The notes below the pieces were generated by a model. That model saw only the letters and a program-made list of their open reading frames with translations. It searched no databases and was not told the origin of the DNA. Positions 8,615-18,432 of a stretch of DNA of 54,851 bases are shown here, in pieces; within the stretch, counting starts at the first letter, position 1, and every line of letters starts with the position of its first letter. Origin of the DNA: Rubritepida sp. (GTDB lineage: Bacteria > Pseudomonadota > Alphaproteobacteria > Acetobacterales > Acetobacteraceae); NCBI GenBank assembly GCA_007129145.1, contig SKWC01000131.1:1-54851 (forward strand), in the 5' to 3' direction. A program made the translations under genes and the position numbers.

Positions 8615-8944
8615 ATGTCAGCACGCAGAGATACTACCCCGCAACCGTCCGTGGTGGAGATGATGGCCATGATGAGGTCACGGGTCGTTACCAAGGTTCG
8701 CAGCCTTCCCCCGTCTCTCCAGGTCACTGCCATCTGGCTGTACGAGCAGGCAGACGGGAATGACGTGATCGACGACATCGACTGGGAGCGGCTCGCTGAG
8801 GACACCAGCATCGCCGAGACCACCCTGCGCCGCGTTCACCTGCGCGACTCAACCATCCTCACCACCCAGGGTGGATTCATCGAGCGTGAAGAGCGCCTCA
8901 TCGGCGGCTCCATGAGCAAACCGATCTTCCGCTTCTACCTGTAA
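8615..8944 (+). CDS. Putative winged-HTH protein
   Basis: GGAGG RBS; DWERLAEDTSIAETTLRR helix-turn-helix followed by GFIEREE wing. Confidence 0.55.
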   Translation: MSARRDTTPQPSVVEMMAMMRSRVVTKVRSLPPSLQVTAIWLYEQADGNDVIDDIDWERLAEDTSIAETTLRRVHLRDSTILTTQGGFIEREERLIGGSMSKPIFRFYL

Positions 8945-8951
8945 CGCAACA

Positions 8952-8983
8952 TCTACCCCCCTGTCGGTGAACAGGGGGGCAGA
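8952..8983. terminator. 13-bp hairpin upstream of the initiator gene
   Basis: TCTACCCCCCTGT-N6-ACAGGGGGGCAGA. Confidence 0.45.
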
Positions 8984-9054
8984 AGTGACGGTGTGGGAGC
9001 ACCATCGTGGGACAGACGCGACCCACATTGTAGCACCGTCACGGGAAGGCATCA

Positions 9055-9945
9055 ATGGGAGTCATCCGCAACAAGGCCCAATCCCACTTCACCAGCCTGC
9101 CGAACGAAACCCTCCGTGACTCGACACTCTCCTGGGCGGCGCGTGGCCTCCTGAGCGCGATGCTGTCGTACCCGCCCGACTGGGAGTTCAACGTCACGCA
9201 CCTCCTCACCCTCGCCACCGACGGGAAGCACGCGACGCGCAGCGCCATGAAGGAGTTGATCGAGCGCGGGTACGTGACGCGTCAGCGTGCGCAAGGCGGC
9301 TGGGATTACGACGTGTTCGACGTGCCTCAGGGCGAAAGTTCACAAGTCCGAAAATCAGACATGTGGAAATCACACATGTGGAAATCAGCCACTACGAAGA
9401 CTGAAGGTTCTACGAAGACTGAAGAAGAAACGAACGCGCCTTCAGAGAGCGGTCTGTTCACCGAAGGGAAGAAGCTCGGGAAGCGCGAGTGGGTTGCGGT
9501 GGTCGACTCGTTCAGGCAGTTGTGGAACGAGAACCGAGGCACGCTTCCTTCGGTGAACAGGATGACCGGCGCCCGCGAGAAGAAGGTCATGGCCCTCGTG
9601 AAGGAGCTTGGCCTCGATGAAGCCTTGCGCCTGTTCGAGTTGGCCGTGCGTGTCGTCGCCGCTGATGAGTTCTGGCAGAAGAAGGGCTACGGCATCGACA
9701 ACTTGATGCGTGACGGGCGCGTGGTCGAGAAGGCCGAGGCCGCACCGGAGGAGCGCAGGGTCGAGCCACCCATCGTGGGCGCCATCGTGGCGTTCAAGGA
9801 CGTGTCCTCGCCGAGGCAGCCCATCGTGCGTGGCCGGGTGCTGGAGGTCAGCGATCATCAGGTCGTGGTGATGGTCGAGGACGTGGACCGGAGAACGGGT
9901 ACGGAGCGGCGCGTGTCACTGAATCAGGTGGTCGCGAATGCGTAG
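9055..9945 (+). CDS. Phage replication initiator (N-terminal HTH, lambda O-like organisation)
   Basis: FTSLPNETLRDSTLSWAARGLLSAMLSYPPDW...AMKELIERGYV; internal tandem repeats. Confidence 0.8.
   Translation: MGVIRNKAQSHFTSLPNETLRDSTLSWAARGLLSAMLSYPPDWEFNVTHLLTLATDGKHATRSAMKELIERGYVTRQRAQGGWDYDVFDVPQGESSQVRKSDMWKSHMWKSATTKTEGSTKTEEETNAPSESGLFTEGKKLGKREWVAVVDSFRQLWNENRGTLPSVNRMTGAREKKVMALVKELGLDEALRLFELAVRVVAADEFWQKKGYGIDNLMRDGRVVEKAEAAPEERRVEPPIVGAIVAFKDVSSPRQPIVRGRVLEVSDHQVVVMVEDVDRRTGTERRVSLNQVVANA
9350..9424. repeat. Iteron-like repeats, probable replication origin
   Basis: Three 15-bp units (GAAAATCAGACATGT, GGAAATCACACATGT, GGAAATCAGCCACT) followed by CTACGAAGACTGAAG twice; locally AT-rich. 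Confidence 0.7.
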
Positions 9946-11851
9946 AGATGGTGATGAGCTGACCGCCGCCATCGCCGCGAAGGACCTGAGCAAACTGATC
10001 GCCGCGCACTACCCTGACTCGAGGGTGGATGTCGGCAAGCCCGGCGTGTACTTCGCTTCGTGGCGGGGGAACACGAACACGCCTGCGCTCTCGTTGTCGA
10101 AGAAGCAGGGTGTGTGGTTGTGGCATGACATGGCGACGGGCGAGGGTGGCAATGCCTTCGACTTCATGGTCAACATCATGGGAATGGGGCGGCAAGAGGC
10201 AGCGATAGGGCTTCTCTCGGAGGCTGGGTACCGCCCAGGAGAGCCTCGAGAGGGTGGGTCGGCCTCCAAGTCCCGGCCACTACCCCCGGAGGCCGTCACG
10301 GCCTTCTCACAGCCTGAGATCGTGCCAATCGCAGCCATGAAGGGGCGCGGTTTCAACAAGCGGATGCTCGAAACGTACCGAATCATCCCCGCACCCGACC
10401 GACCGGACGATGCGCTGATCCCCATCACCAGCCCGGAGGGCGTCATCCTTCAGGTGAAGCGCCGCATCCACAACGCGCAGAAGGGCAAGTACCGCTACGA
10501 GCACGAGGGTTACGGAGGCCCACCGTGGTGCAGCCCAGGCTCCCGGAAGCCGAACGTCTTGTACGTCATCGAGGGGGAGCTGAACGCCATCGTAGCGCAC
10601 GCGTCACTACTGGAGGCCGGTGAGCGCATCGGTGTGATGGGCGTAGCCGGAGCGAAGAACTCCCTGTACGAGGGCCTGTGCATGGGCAAGTCGGTGTTCA
10701 TCTATGCCGACGACGACAAGGCCGGGAAGGAGGCGATGGACGCCTGGAGCGAGGAAGCCAGGAAGCAAGGCGCCCGCAGCGTGCACCGACTCCCACCCCT
10801 GCCGATGGACTTTTGCGACTACGCCGCTCAGCACGGGCGTGAGGCGCTGGCGGCGAAGCTCAGGGAGATGCACCACTTCAGCATCCAGGTGTTCGGGGCA
10901 ATGGATCGCATGGTCGGGTCGTACACGGTTCGAGAACTCGCAAAGAGCGCCGCTCGCTACATCAGCGGCGAGGTCATCAACCCGCTCGGCATCGGCGCCA
11001 TCGACTACGAGACGGGCGGCATGGGTGAGAGCGGCGTCATCGCCATCGGCGCCCTGCCCAGCATCGGCAAGAGCGCCCTGCTCAGGAAAGCGCTGCTCGA
11101 GCACGTGAGGATGGGTGGCACGACCCGGCTGTACAGCCCGGACCAGAGCACGCATGCCATCTACCGCCTGCTCGCCAGCCTACTCAGCGACGTGGGCACG
11201 AAGGAAGCAAGGCAGCGCAACTTCAGCCGAGCGGTACTCGACCGGTACGGCGACCCAGAAGCCGCCATCAAGGCGTGGAAGGACGCGTACGAGTACGTCG
11301 TGATGGAACTGTCGAGCCGCTTCCAGGTCAGCGAGGAGAGCGACCTCACCGAGATCGGCAAGGACATGGAGCGGGCTAGGGATCAGGGCGTCACCATGTT
11401 CGGCGGTGACTACCTTCAGCTCTTCGAGATGGGCGCGTCGTCGCAATGGGAGGGCAACAGCGAGGAGGGTGCGGTGGCGCAGCGCTTCAAGCGCCTCACC
11501 CGCAACCTCGGCGTGCTGTTCGTCTGCGCCGTGCAGCTCGCCAAGTACAAGTTCCCCATGACCCGCAAGAGCGGCATCCCGTTCCCCAGCGACATCGAGG
11601 GCAGCGGCAAGACGTGGCAGGCAGCCGAGATGGCGTTCGGCATCTACAACGACAGCATCTACGGACGCATGTACGCCGGACCGGACACCGACCTGATCGG
11701 TGACCCGCCCGACATCGCACGGCTGTACCTCTGGAAGCACAAGGAAGGCGATCCAGGGTTGGAGTTCAACGTGCTGTGGCACGGTCGCATCGCTGCGTTC
11801 AAGGACCCGAAGCGACCCAAGCTCGAGCACGAGAGAGAGGGCCTGATGTGA
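9938..11851 (+). CDS. DNA primase-helicase (Toprim + DnaB-like SF4)
   Basis: WHDMATGEGGNAFDF, Toprim IEGELN and ADDDKAG, Walker A GALPSIGKS, GDYLQL, SDIEGSG. Confidence 0.9.
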   Translation: MRRDGDELTAAIAAKDLSKLIAAHYPDSRVDVGKPGVYFASWRGNTNTPALSLSKKQGVWLWHDMATGEGGNAFDFMVNIMGMGRQEAAIGLLSEAGYRPGEPREGGSASKSRPLPPEAVTAFSQPEIVPIAAMKGRGFNKRMLETYRIIPAPDRPDDALIPITSPEGVILQVKRRIHNAQKGKYRYEHEGYGGPPWCSPGSRKPNVLYVIEGELNAIVAHASLLEAGERIGVMGVAGAKNSLYEGLCMGKSVFIYADDDKAGKEAMDAWSEEARKQGARSVHRLPPLPMDFCDYAAQHGREALAAKLREMHHFSIQVFGAMDRMVGSYTVRELAKSAARYISGEVINPLGIGAIDYETGGMGESGVIAIGALPSIGKSALLRKALLEHVRMGGTTRLYSPDQSTHAIYRLLASLLSDVGTKEARQRNFSRAVLDRYGDPEAAIKAWKDAYEYVVMELSSRFQVSEESDLTEIGKDMERARDQGVTMFGGDYLQLFEMGASSQWEGNSEEGAVAQRFKRLTRNLGVLFVCAVQLAKYKFPMTRKSGIPFPSDIEGSGKTWQAAEMAFGIYNDSIYGRMYAGPDTDLIGDPPDIARLYLWKHKEGDPGLEFNVLWHGRIAAFKDPKRPKLEHEREGLM

Positions 11852-12312
11852 TCGGATACTCGTTCGACCTGAGCAAGAGCAACACCGGCATGGCCAAGTG
11901 GCTCGGCGGCAACCTGGCACAAGTCGCCTCCGTGTCGTTCCAGGAGCATCACTACTTCGGGCACGTGCTCATCGACTTCGAGCGCTTCATCGACGAGACG
12001 TTCGTCGACCCCTCGTGGGTGGCGTACGAGGAAGTGATGGTCAGGAACAAGCTGCACGGCGAGCTTCACTTCGGCATGGTGGCGCTGCTCGCCATCGCCT
12101 GCTGCGAGATGGAGGTGCCGCTCATCGGCATCAACACCATGACCATGAAGAAGCAGGTGGTCGGCACTGGCCGAGCGACGAAGGAAGAGATGCTCGAGAC
12201 CATCCGGGCCAGGTACCCGGAGCACTACATCACCGATCACGACGTGGCTGACGCCGTGGCCGTCGGGATTATGGCGATCAGCATGATGGAGGTGCGCAAT
12301 GGCGGCGAGTAG
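11848..12312 (+). CDS. RuvC-like Holliday junction resolvase
   Basis: GTG at 11848; FDLSKSNTG, AYEEV, KKQVVGTGRATKEEM, DVADAVAV. Confidence 0.88.
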   Translation: MIGYSFDLSKSNTGMAKWLGGNLAQVASVSFQEHHYFGHVLIDFERFIDETFVDPSWVAYEEVMVRNKLHGELHFGMVALLAIACCEMEVPLIGINTMTMKKQVVGTGRATKEEMLETIRARYPEHYITDHDVADAVAVGIMAISMMEVRNGGE

Positions 12313-12955
12313 GCGCTGGTCGCCCGATGAGGACAGGCTCATCGAGAAGTTCATCGTCCACAAGGGTGTGCACTCCACCATCAAGGCGCTGCACATGGCG
12401 GGTTTCTCGGATCGGAACATCAGGGGTCTCGCCGAGAGGTGCAAAGCGCTCGGCGTCAGAGCGGGTGAGGGCAACGGCTTCATTCGCGTGATCGACGTGG
12501 ACTCCGGCCACAACCGATCGGGCGGCAAGGAGCGCTTCACTCGGAAGAGCGTGCTGTCGCAAGCCGAGGCCGATGGGGTGCTGCGGCGCGTGCCGTACGG
12601 ACCCAACGGGAAGACCATCCCGTACGTGCCGGAGAAGTGGGCGGACGCGTACGTCGAGCGGATGTCGAAAGCGACGAATGGTGAGGAGATCGCGCGGCAT
12701 CACATCCGTCGCTCCTGGTTGCCGACCAAGGCACTGCCGGACTTGTTCGGCATCTCGATGCGCACCATCGAGCGGCACATCCCTGCCGCCGTCGGCGACA
12801 AGGGCAGGCGGCACAAGTCGTATCGCTACAGCGTGCGGCCCTACCTTGACGCGATACCGAAGCAGCGCGTGGGTAGGGCCGTGTACTGGGAGCCGAGCCT
12901 CGCCGAGGTGAACGCCGCCTCGTACAAGCGCACGCTCCCCCCGGTGCGGGGCTAG
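12299..12955 (+). CDS. Putative DNA-binding regulator
   Basis: N-terminal RRWSPDEDRLI (Myb/GcrA-like) and C-terminal HTH LPTKALPDLFGISMRTIERH. Confidence 0.55.
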   Translation: MAASRRWSPDEDRLIEKFIVHKGVHSTIKALHMAGFSDRNIRGLAERCKALGVRAGEGNGFIRVIDVDSGHNRSGGKERFTRKSVLSQAEADGVLRRVPYGPNGKTIPYVPEKWADAYVERMSKATNGEEIARHHIRRSWLPTKALPDLFGISMRTIERHIPAAVGDKGRRHKSYRYSVRPYLDAIPKQRVGRAVYWEPSLAEVNAASYKRTLPPVRG

Positions 12956-12965
12956 TTGACACCTC

Positions 12966-14333
12966 TCACGTGCTCAGCAAATGCTCGTGAAGGAACTGGG
13001 CAGCCAGCAGGCGCGTGCGGTCCCACGTGTTGTTACTAGCCGCCTGCGTCTGCGAGTGCGAGCGCATCACCTCGTTCAGCGCCGCAATATCACCTGACGA
13101 ATCCCATGGTGACAAGAACCCCCACGTGCCGTTCTGGTAGATGAAAGCCGACACGCGGGTGAAGCTACCCTCTCGGCTCTCCCACCCGCATGGCGTGGTG
13201 CCGCCCGCCATACAGGCGCTCAAGCCGTTCGACACCGGGTTCGAGTTGTCCATCATCCGCTGCGTGATCGCGCGACCGAATCGCTCCAGGTGCACCGGAT
13301 CAACCCACACGTCGAATCCCTGGAAGTACATGTCTAGCACGTCCATGAAGGGGAACTGCGTGTACGTGCTCGGGCAGATGTAGTCGCCCGATCCGTCCGT
13401 GATGAACTGAGCGTTGCGCCTGAAGGCGTACGCGGTGCCGGTCGCCGTGCTGTACGAGCACAGGTTCGCCGGGTTGAGGATGAGCGCGTTCATTCGCTGC
13501 GCCTCTGCCGTGTACGCGCTGTTCCCGGTGAGCAACCCCATGTAGTAGTGCCAGTTCGACCACGCGAAGTATCTATCGAACTGAGCGGGCCAGTTGCGGA
13601 TAGGGAACCCGCTCGGCTTGTTCCAGCGGGCACGCAACTTCGCCTCGAAGTGCGTCAACAGGTAGTTGCGCAGCCAATCCGCGCGAGCGCCGTAGCTGTA
13701 CCCCTCTGGGCTTACAAGATCACGGTTGTGGTGAAGCATGTACGCCACCTGTGCAACGAGGGCGTGCGTGGCGTAATCGTAATCCTCACGCAGGTCCGTG
13801 CCGCGCTGCGCGTTGTTCGGGTTCTGTCGATGCACCCACATCAGGTACCCCGTATCGAAACCCTCCGTAGCGCAGCCCGACGTGCTGCACGTCCCCCTGT
13901 ACTTCGTGTCCAACCTGAGCGCCGTGCCTGGTGAGACCTCTCGCTTGTAGAGCATGATATCGAGCAGCTCATAGATCGTGTCGAGGAACCACATGTCGCC
14001 CGTCGCTCGAAAGGCGATGATCTGCGCACCGATGTTCGTGCGCAAATCGTGCGAGTACCACCAGATGTCATCACGGCGAGCGTTCTGGTACGGATCGCGT
14101 GAATCATCCGTGCCGCGCTTGATAAGGGCCTTCATCGTGCTGAGCCGTGTCTGCTGCGCTGAGCTGAGCAGCGTAGCGTCGAAGCCGGGATCACCCCGTA
14201 GGGTCATCACGGAGCGCGGCGGTGGATCGGTGGGCGGCAGCGAACCGACAGGCAAGAACGAACCGGACACACGCACGTACGCTTCCGCGTCGACGAACTC
14301 GCCGCCCTGACGGTACCTGTACCGGGGAGCCAT
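12966..14333 (-). CDS. Tail-associated protein, putative alpha-helical carbohydrate-active enzyme or receptor-binding protein
   Basis: Short adaptor N-terminus, Pro linker, aromatic-rich helical repeats (AFRATGDMWFLD, GLLTGNSAYTAEA); last gene of the tail operon. Confidence 0.55.
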   Translation of the reverse strand: MAPRYRYRQGGEFVDAEAYVRVSGSFLPVGSLPPTDPPPRSVMTLRGDPGFDATLLSSAQQTRLSTMKALIKRGTDDSRDPYQNARRDDIWWYSHDLRTNIGAQIIAFRATGDMWFLDTIYELLDIMLYKREVSPGTALRLDTKYRGTCSTSGCATEGFDTGYLMWVHRQNPNNAQRGTDLREDYDYATHALVAQVAYMLHHNRDLVSPEGYSYGARADWLRNYLLTHFEAKLRARWNKPSGFPIRNWPAQFDRYFAWSNWHYYMGLLTGNSAYTAEAQRMNALILNPANLCSYSTATGTAYAFRRNAQFITDGSGDYICPSTYTQFPFMDVLDMYFQGFDVWVDPVHLERFGRAITQRMMDNSNPVSNGLSACMAGGTTPCGWESREGSFTRVSAFIYQNGTWGFLSPWDSSGDIAALNEVMRSHSQTQAASNNTWDRTRLLAAQFLHEHLLST

Positions 14334-14336
14334 CAG

Positions 14337-15239
14337 TTACACCGAGGTGTCCAGGAAGAAGTCGCCATCCACCGCGTTCAGCGGGGTAACGGTGCCGACC
14401 CAATCGACGAACGTGAACCCACTCGGCCTTGCCATACTGGCGTTCGCGCCGTGAATCACTCGCGTGATGTTCGCGTTCGTACCCGCTGCACCGGTCGGGC
14501 CGGTCGGGCCTTGAACGCCAGCGGGACCGGCGGGACCAACCGGTCCCTCGGCGCCAGTCGCTCCGGTCGGGCCGGTAGCGCCGGGCGGGCCGGTGGGGCC
14601 GGTAATGCCTTGCAGGCCAGTGTCACCCTTGTCACCCTTGGGGCCAGCCGGTCCGGTGGGGCCAGCGGGGCCGGTCTCGCCTTGCGGTCCTTGAATCTGG
14701 CCGACGTTCTGCCATGCGGCGCCGTCCCACACGTGAAGGTTGCCGTCGATGAGGTACCCGTCACCTGCCGTGTTGCCGCTGACGGGCAACTCGCTCACGT
14801 TCGCAAGGGTGCCCTTGATGGTGACGCTGGTGCCGTCATCACCCTTCGGTCCCGTCGGTCCGGCTGGGCCGGTGGCGCCGGTCGCGCCGGTCTCCCCGGT
14901 CGGTCCGGCTGGCCCGATGGGTCCCGTCGGTCCGGCTGGGCCGTTTGGTCCGGTGGCGCCCGTGGGGCCGGTAGGGCCGGTCGCTCCGGTGTCGCCAGCC
15001 GGTCCCGTAGGACCCGGGGGTCCCTCAGGCCCCACGGGACCCTGCGGCCCCTCGGGACCCGTCGGTCCGATGCCTGACTCGGGAATCGTAGCGATGGCGT
15101 CATACACCGCCTCAAGCTCCTGGACGGTGCGCACGAACTGCTCCCTGATCGCCGCGAAGTTCGCACGCACGTTCGCCGTTGATGCGCGCCCCTGAACCGG
15201 TACGTTTGGGTTGATGGTGGTCGGGTCGATAGGTGGCAT
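14337..15239 (-). CDS. Collagen-like tail fibre
   Basis: Start MPPIDP at 15239; two long Gly-X-Y tracts flanking a [23 protein letters not shown] knot. Confidence 0.88.
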   Translation of the reverse strand: MPPIDPTTINPNVPVQGRASTANVRANFAAIREQFVRTVQELEAVYDAIATIPESGIGPTGPEGPQGPVGPEGPPGPTGPAGDTGATGPTGPTGATGPNGPAGPTGPIGPAGPTGETGATGATGPAGPTGPKGDDGTSVTIKGTLANVSELPVSGNTAGDGYLIDGNLHVWDGAAWQNVGQIQGPQGETGPAGPTGPAGPKGDKGDTGLQGITGPTGPPGATGPTGATGAEGPVGPAGPAGVQGPTGPTGAAGTNANITRVIHGANASMARPSGFTFVDWVGTVTPLNAVDGDFFLDTSV

Positions 15240-15240
15240 C

Positions 15241-15369
15241 TCAGTCCCTCCAACGGGTGCGGAACAGGCCGAGGAAGCGCCTATCCCACGTGGTCTTACC
15301 ATCATCCCAGATGACCTCGTTCGACGAGCGCCCAATGAGGCGATTCAAGAACTCTCGAAGTGCCCGCAT
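15241..15369 (-). CDS. 42-aa Trp-rich peptide (not in the ORF track)
   Basis: [42 protein letters not shown] fills the gap between two genes exactly. Confidence 0.55.
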   Translation of the reverse strand: MRALREFLNRLIGRSSNEVIWDDGKTTWDRRFLGLFRTRWRD

Positions 15370-15373
15370 CATC

Positions 15374-15925
15374 CTATTCCCATGTCGTGAACCCATGGTC
15401 CCACACGGTGTTACCGCCATCCCATAGCGTATCGCCCACCTGGTCCCCTAAGTCGGGCTTCAGTGGTGGGGTTGGGCACGGAGGAGTGGTCTCAACAGGC
15501 AACGGAATGCACACGTAACCGATTGGTATCTCATCGCCGGGACCACCCGGCTCGAACTCGCCTTCATCGAGAGCCTGATTCGGTGGCTCGAACCACCAGT
15601 AGGACCACGCGTCATCCCATTGGAACGTCGCCAAAGCGTTGCCGAGCGTCGCCGAGCGCGTGAGGCTACCAACCGGAGGCACCTGAAGCGTGTGGCAGTT
15701 CGGGTCCACCGAAGGCGATGGGCAGTACGAACCAAGCGTCGTACCGCCGTTCCAACCCACCCCACCAGGGAACACCTCAGCACCGAGCAGGCCGCCGCTG
15801 ATGTAGTTCCAGGAGGTGATGTCATCCACCTGCTCCACGCCGTACCCCACCTCGACGATGACATCGAGAGGCCCCTCGATGGGTGTGACGAGCGGCTCGA
15901 GCGAGGCGGCGAGGGGAACGGCCAT
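15374..15925 (-). CDS. Hypothetical tail protein
   Basis: 183 aa, Cys/Pro/Trp-rich, C-terminal WDGGNTVWD. Confidence 0.65.
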   Translation of the reverse strand: MAVPLAASLEPLVTPIEGPLDVIVEVGYGVEQVDDITSWNYISGGLLGAEVFPGGVGWNGGTTLGSYCPSPSVDPNCHTLQVPPVGSLTRSATLGNALATFQWDDAWSYWWFEPPNQALDEGEFEPGGPGDEIPIGYVCIPLPVETTPPCPTPPLKPDLGDQVGDTLWDGGNTVWDHGFTTWE

Positions 15926-15933
15926 GGGTCAGC

Positions 15934-16200
15934 CTATCCCGGTTTCGACGCCGCTACCACGCTGGCGGTGATGCCGAGCACGTGGTCGGCGGGCACGAGG
16001 GTGCCCCATGCTCGGACGAAGCGCCCGCCTGCGGCCTCCAGGTCAACGTGCTCGCTCGCGAGGGCGATCTCGAGCGCGGCATCGTCGGTCAGGTCGTACG
16101 GTTGCCCGGTGACGACGAGGTGCCCGGCGATCGGCTGCTCGTCGGCGGGCACGCGGTCGTCTCGGATGGTGACGGCGATGGTGTGCTGCGTCTGATTCAT
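15934..16200 (-). CDS. Hypothetical protein
   Basis: Start MNQTQH at 16200 after GGAGG. Confidence 0.65.
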   Translation of the reverse strand: MNQTQHTIAVTIRDDRVPADEQPIAGHLVVTGQPYDLTDDAALEIALASEHVDLEAAGGRFVRAWGTLVPADHVLGITASVVAASKPG

Positions 16201-16208
16201 GGTGCCTC

Positions 16209-17318
16209 CTATGCCCTTGCCCAGGTCGAGACGAAGCCGACGCGGAGCGTATCGGTGTTGACCTTCGTGTAGCTCGTCGATCCATCGAACACGACAAGCC
16301 ACCCAGAGCGACGCGTGCTCACAGAACTCGATCCTCCAGTCAGCGCGTAGCCGTGCCACGCTCGGTTGAGCTGGCCTGCGGATAGCTCCCAGCGCTTGAT
16401 GCGCTGAAAAGAGCCGTTGGCGTACGAAGGCGTTGAGTAGGTGCCCTGCGGGGCCGTGTTTGTCGACGTTTGCGGGTCCAAGTCAGCGCCAGTCTCCAGC
16501 GCGCTGTCTCGGGCGTACGTTACGCCGTCGTTCGTAACTGCACGGACGCCGTCCAGGCCCTGCTTGTGTGGCACCCAGGCGTCCCACACGAGCGGGATGC
16601 CGGTCTGGTCAGCGAGCGTGCTAGTGTGACCGCCGTGCGTCACGTCCACCGGGATGGTCGCTGTTAGGTTGTTGCCCGCGTCGTATTCCTCGATGTTGAT
16701 GCTTGCGCTCAGGCCCGCGACAGGCGCGGGTAGTTCTACGATCAGAGTGTGCGTGACGAGTAGCGTCTTGCCAGTGAGCAGCGACACAGTGATGGGTGTC
16801 CCCCCGCCGTCGCGTAGCAGCTCACGAATGATGATATCGGCGGTCGTGTTCTGCGCGAAGCCGAACTCGGTCAGGTTTCGGTCGGCGGTCATGGTGACGA
16901 CGCGCCTGACGACACTTGTCGCTGTCCATACGTTTGCCGTGGCGTCTAGCTCGTACGACGTGCTGCCGTTATTGAAGGTTCCTGCCGATGCGTCTCGCTG
17001 GACCTCGTTGTCTAGGGTCGTGTCCGATACGTCAGGCGCCGTGCTGCCCGTGCCGACGGCCATTCGGCGGCGCCACGTGGCGGTAGAACCGGGCAGTACG
17101 CCGAACGCGTCGAGAACTGCCATGCGATCCATGCCGAGATCGGTGATGAGGTTGGGCTGCTCGACGCCCTCGGTCGGGCCGACCGGGGTGCCGCTCGGCG
17201 TGCGGGGTATCTCGGGCACGCCGCGCTCGTCCAGCACTTGCCACCGCACGCGACCCGCGAGCGTGGCGTGAAGCGGGACCAGCAGGCCGCCGGGGCTTCG
17301 GCTATACGGTCTGGACAC
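16209..17318 (-). CDS. Tail/virion structural protein
   Basis: GTG at 17318; NLITDLG...MAVGTGSTAP..SDTTL.NE...NLTEFG motif common in phage tail proteins. Confidence 0.75.
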   Translation of the reverse strand: MSRPYSRSPGGLLVPLHATLAGRVRWQVLDERGVPEIPRTPSGTPVGPTEGVEQPNLITDLGMDRMAVLDAFGVLPGSTATWRRRMAVGTGSTAPDVSDTTLDNEVQRDASAGTFNNGSTSYELDATANVWTATSVVRRVVTMTADRNLTEFGFAQNTTADIIIRELLRDGGGTPITVSLLTGKTLLVTHTLIVELPAPVAGLSASINIEEYDAGNNLTATIPVDVTHGGHTSTLADQTGIPLVWDAWVPHKQGLDGVRAVTNDGVTYARDSALETGADLDPQTSTNTAPQGTYSTPSYANGSFQRIKRWELSAGQLNRAWHGYALTGGSSSVSTRRSGWLVVFDGSTSYTKVNTDTLRVGFVSTWARA

Positions 17319-18432
17319 GGATTGCCTCTGGTGAGACGGTGGCGTCAAGCGCATCATCATCCTCCACGGGTACGGTCGTCGTCACGACCTCGATTGGCGT
17401 TTCTGGCGCCACGGTAGCATTCAGTTCATCGTCATCATCGAAGGCCGCGGTGTCTTCATCTACCCGCACCGCCTCCGGCGATACGGTGGCGTCAAGGCCG
17501 TCGTCATCCGTCACGGGCAGCGTGTCGCTATCCACCCGCACCGCCTCTGGCGTCACGGTGGCACCGAGTTCATCGTCGTCCGGCTGGTTCCAGGTGTCCT
17601 CTTCCGCTCGTAGATTTTCCGGGGCTACGGTAGCGGAGAGGGGGTCCACCGGCTCGAACACAGGGATCAACTCGGTGAAGTACAGCTCCGACAGCAGCAT
17701 CTCGGGCAGCACGTCACCAGCCGCATCAGACACGAGGAGCTGGTACCGGGCCGAGACGGGCACGGCTCGGTCCATCACGACCGGGTCGTCGAAGTCGTGG
17801 ATGGTGAGCACGGTGTTGAACAACTGCCGCTGCGCCCGGCAGCGCACACCCAACCGGTCAGGTGTCAGGTAGAAGATCAGGATGTCGCTGTCCGAGATGG
17901 CGTTCTCGAGCCACTCACCGTTCGGTATCCACTGGAAGATGATCTTCACGCCCGCCATGTACAGCGTACGGTACGGTTCCGGGAAGCCGCGCGGATCGGC
18001 AACGGTGGCATCCATGATGATGCACGGGTCAAGACCGGCAAAGGTGACGTTCTGCACGTACTGGTTCGTGAACGGGTCCCACCTGGTAACGACGATTTCA
18101 CCGTTCAGTTCGTACGCCACGATGACGCGAGCGCTTTGGTCGAACGCGAACGTGAGGTGCCTGGCACCCTCCGGGATGGCATCGTCGAACAGTGGCGGTA
18201 GCAGGCTCGTCACCTGCGTCCACGTCTGATCGCTTACGGACAAGCGATACAGTTCGAGTATTCTCGAATCCTTCACCAGCAGCAGCGAGTAGATGCGACC
18301 GAACAACACCTCGTAGCTGTTGTCGCCCGTCACGCCGACCTGCACCGGACCGAGAGCGAACGACGCCTCGAAGTACCCGTAGTCCTTCGTGCCCCGCAGG
18401 CTCAGTTCCGGCACGACCCGAAGCTGACTCAC
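17302..18432 (-). CDS. Tail protein with acidic C-terminal repeats
   Basis: GTG at 18432; LTFAFDQSAR motif; five repeats of about 24 aa (DDDxLxATVxPE). Confidence 0.7.
   Translation of the reverse strand: MSQLRVVPELSLRGTKDYGYFEASFALGPVQVGVTGDNSYEVLFGRIYSLLLVKDSRILELYRLSVSDQTWTQVTSLLPPLFDDAIPEGARHLTFAFDQSARVIVAYELNGEIVVTRWDPFTNQYVQNVTFAGLDPCIIMDATVADPRGFPEPYRTLYMAGVKIIFQWIPNGEWLENAISDSDILIFYLTPDRLGVRCRAQRQLFNTVLTIHDFDDPVVMDRAVPVSARYQLLVSDAAGDVLPEMLLSELYFTELIPVFEPVDPLSATVAPENLRAEEDTWNQPDDDELGATVTPEAVRVDSDTLPVTDDDGLDATVSPEAVRVDEDTAAFDDDDELNATVAPETPIEVVTTTVPVEDDDALDATVSPEAIRVQTV

Noticed and set aside
14480-15070. GGNCCN-type DNA repeats
   Set aside because: Fully explained by collagen Gly-X-Y coding.
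12966-17318. Diversity-generating retroelement acting on tail genes
   Set aside because: No reverse transcriptase and no TR/VR repeat pair seen.
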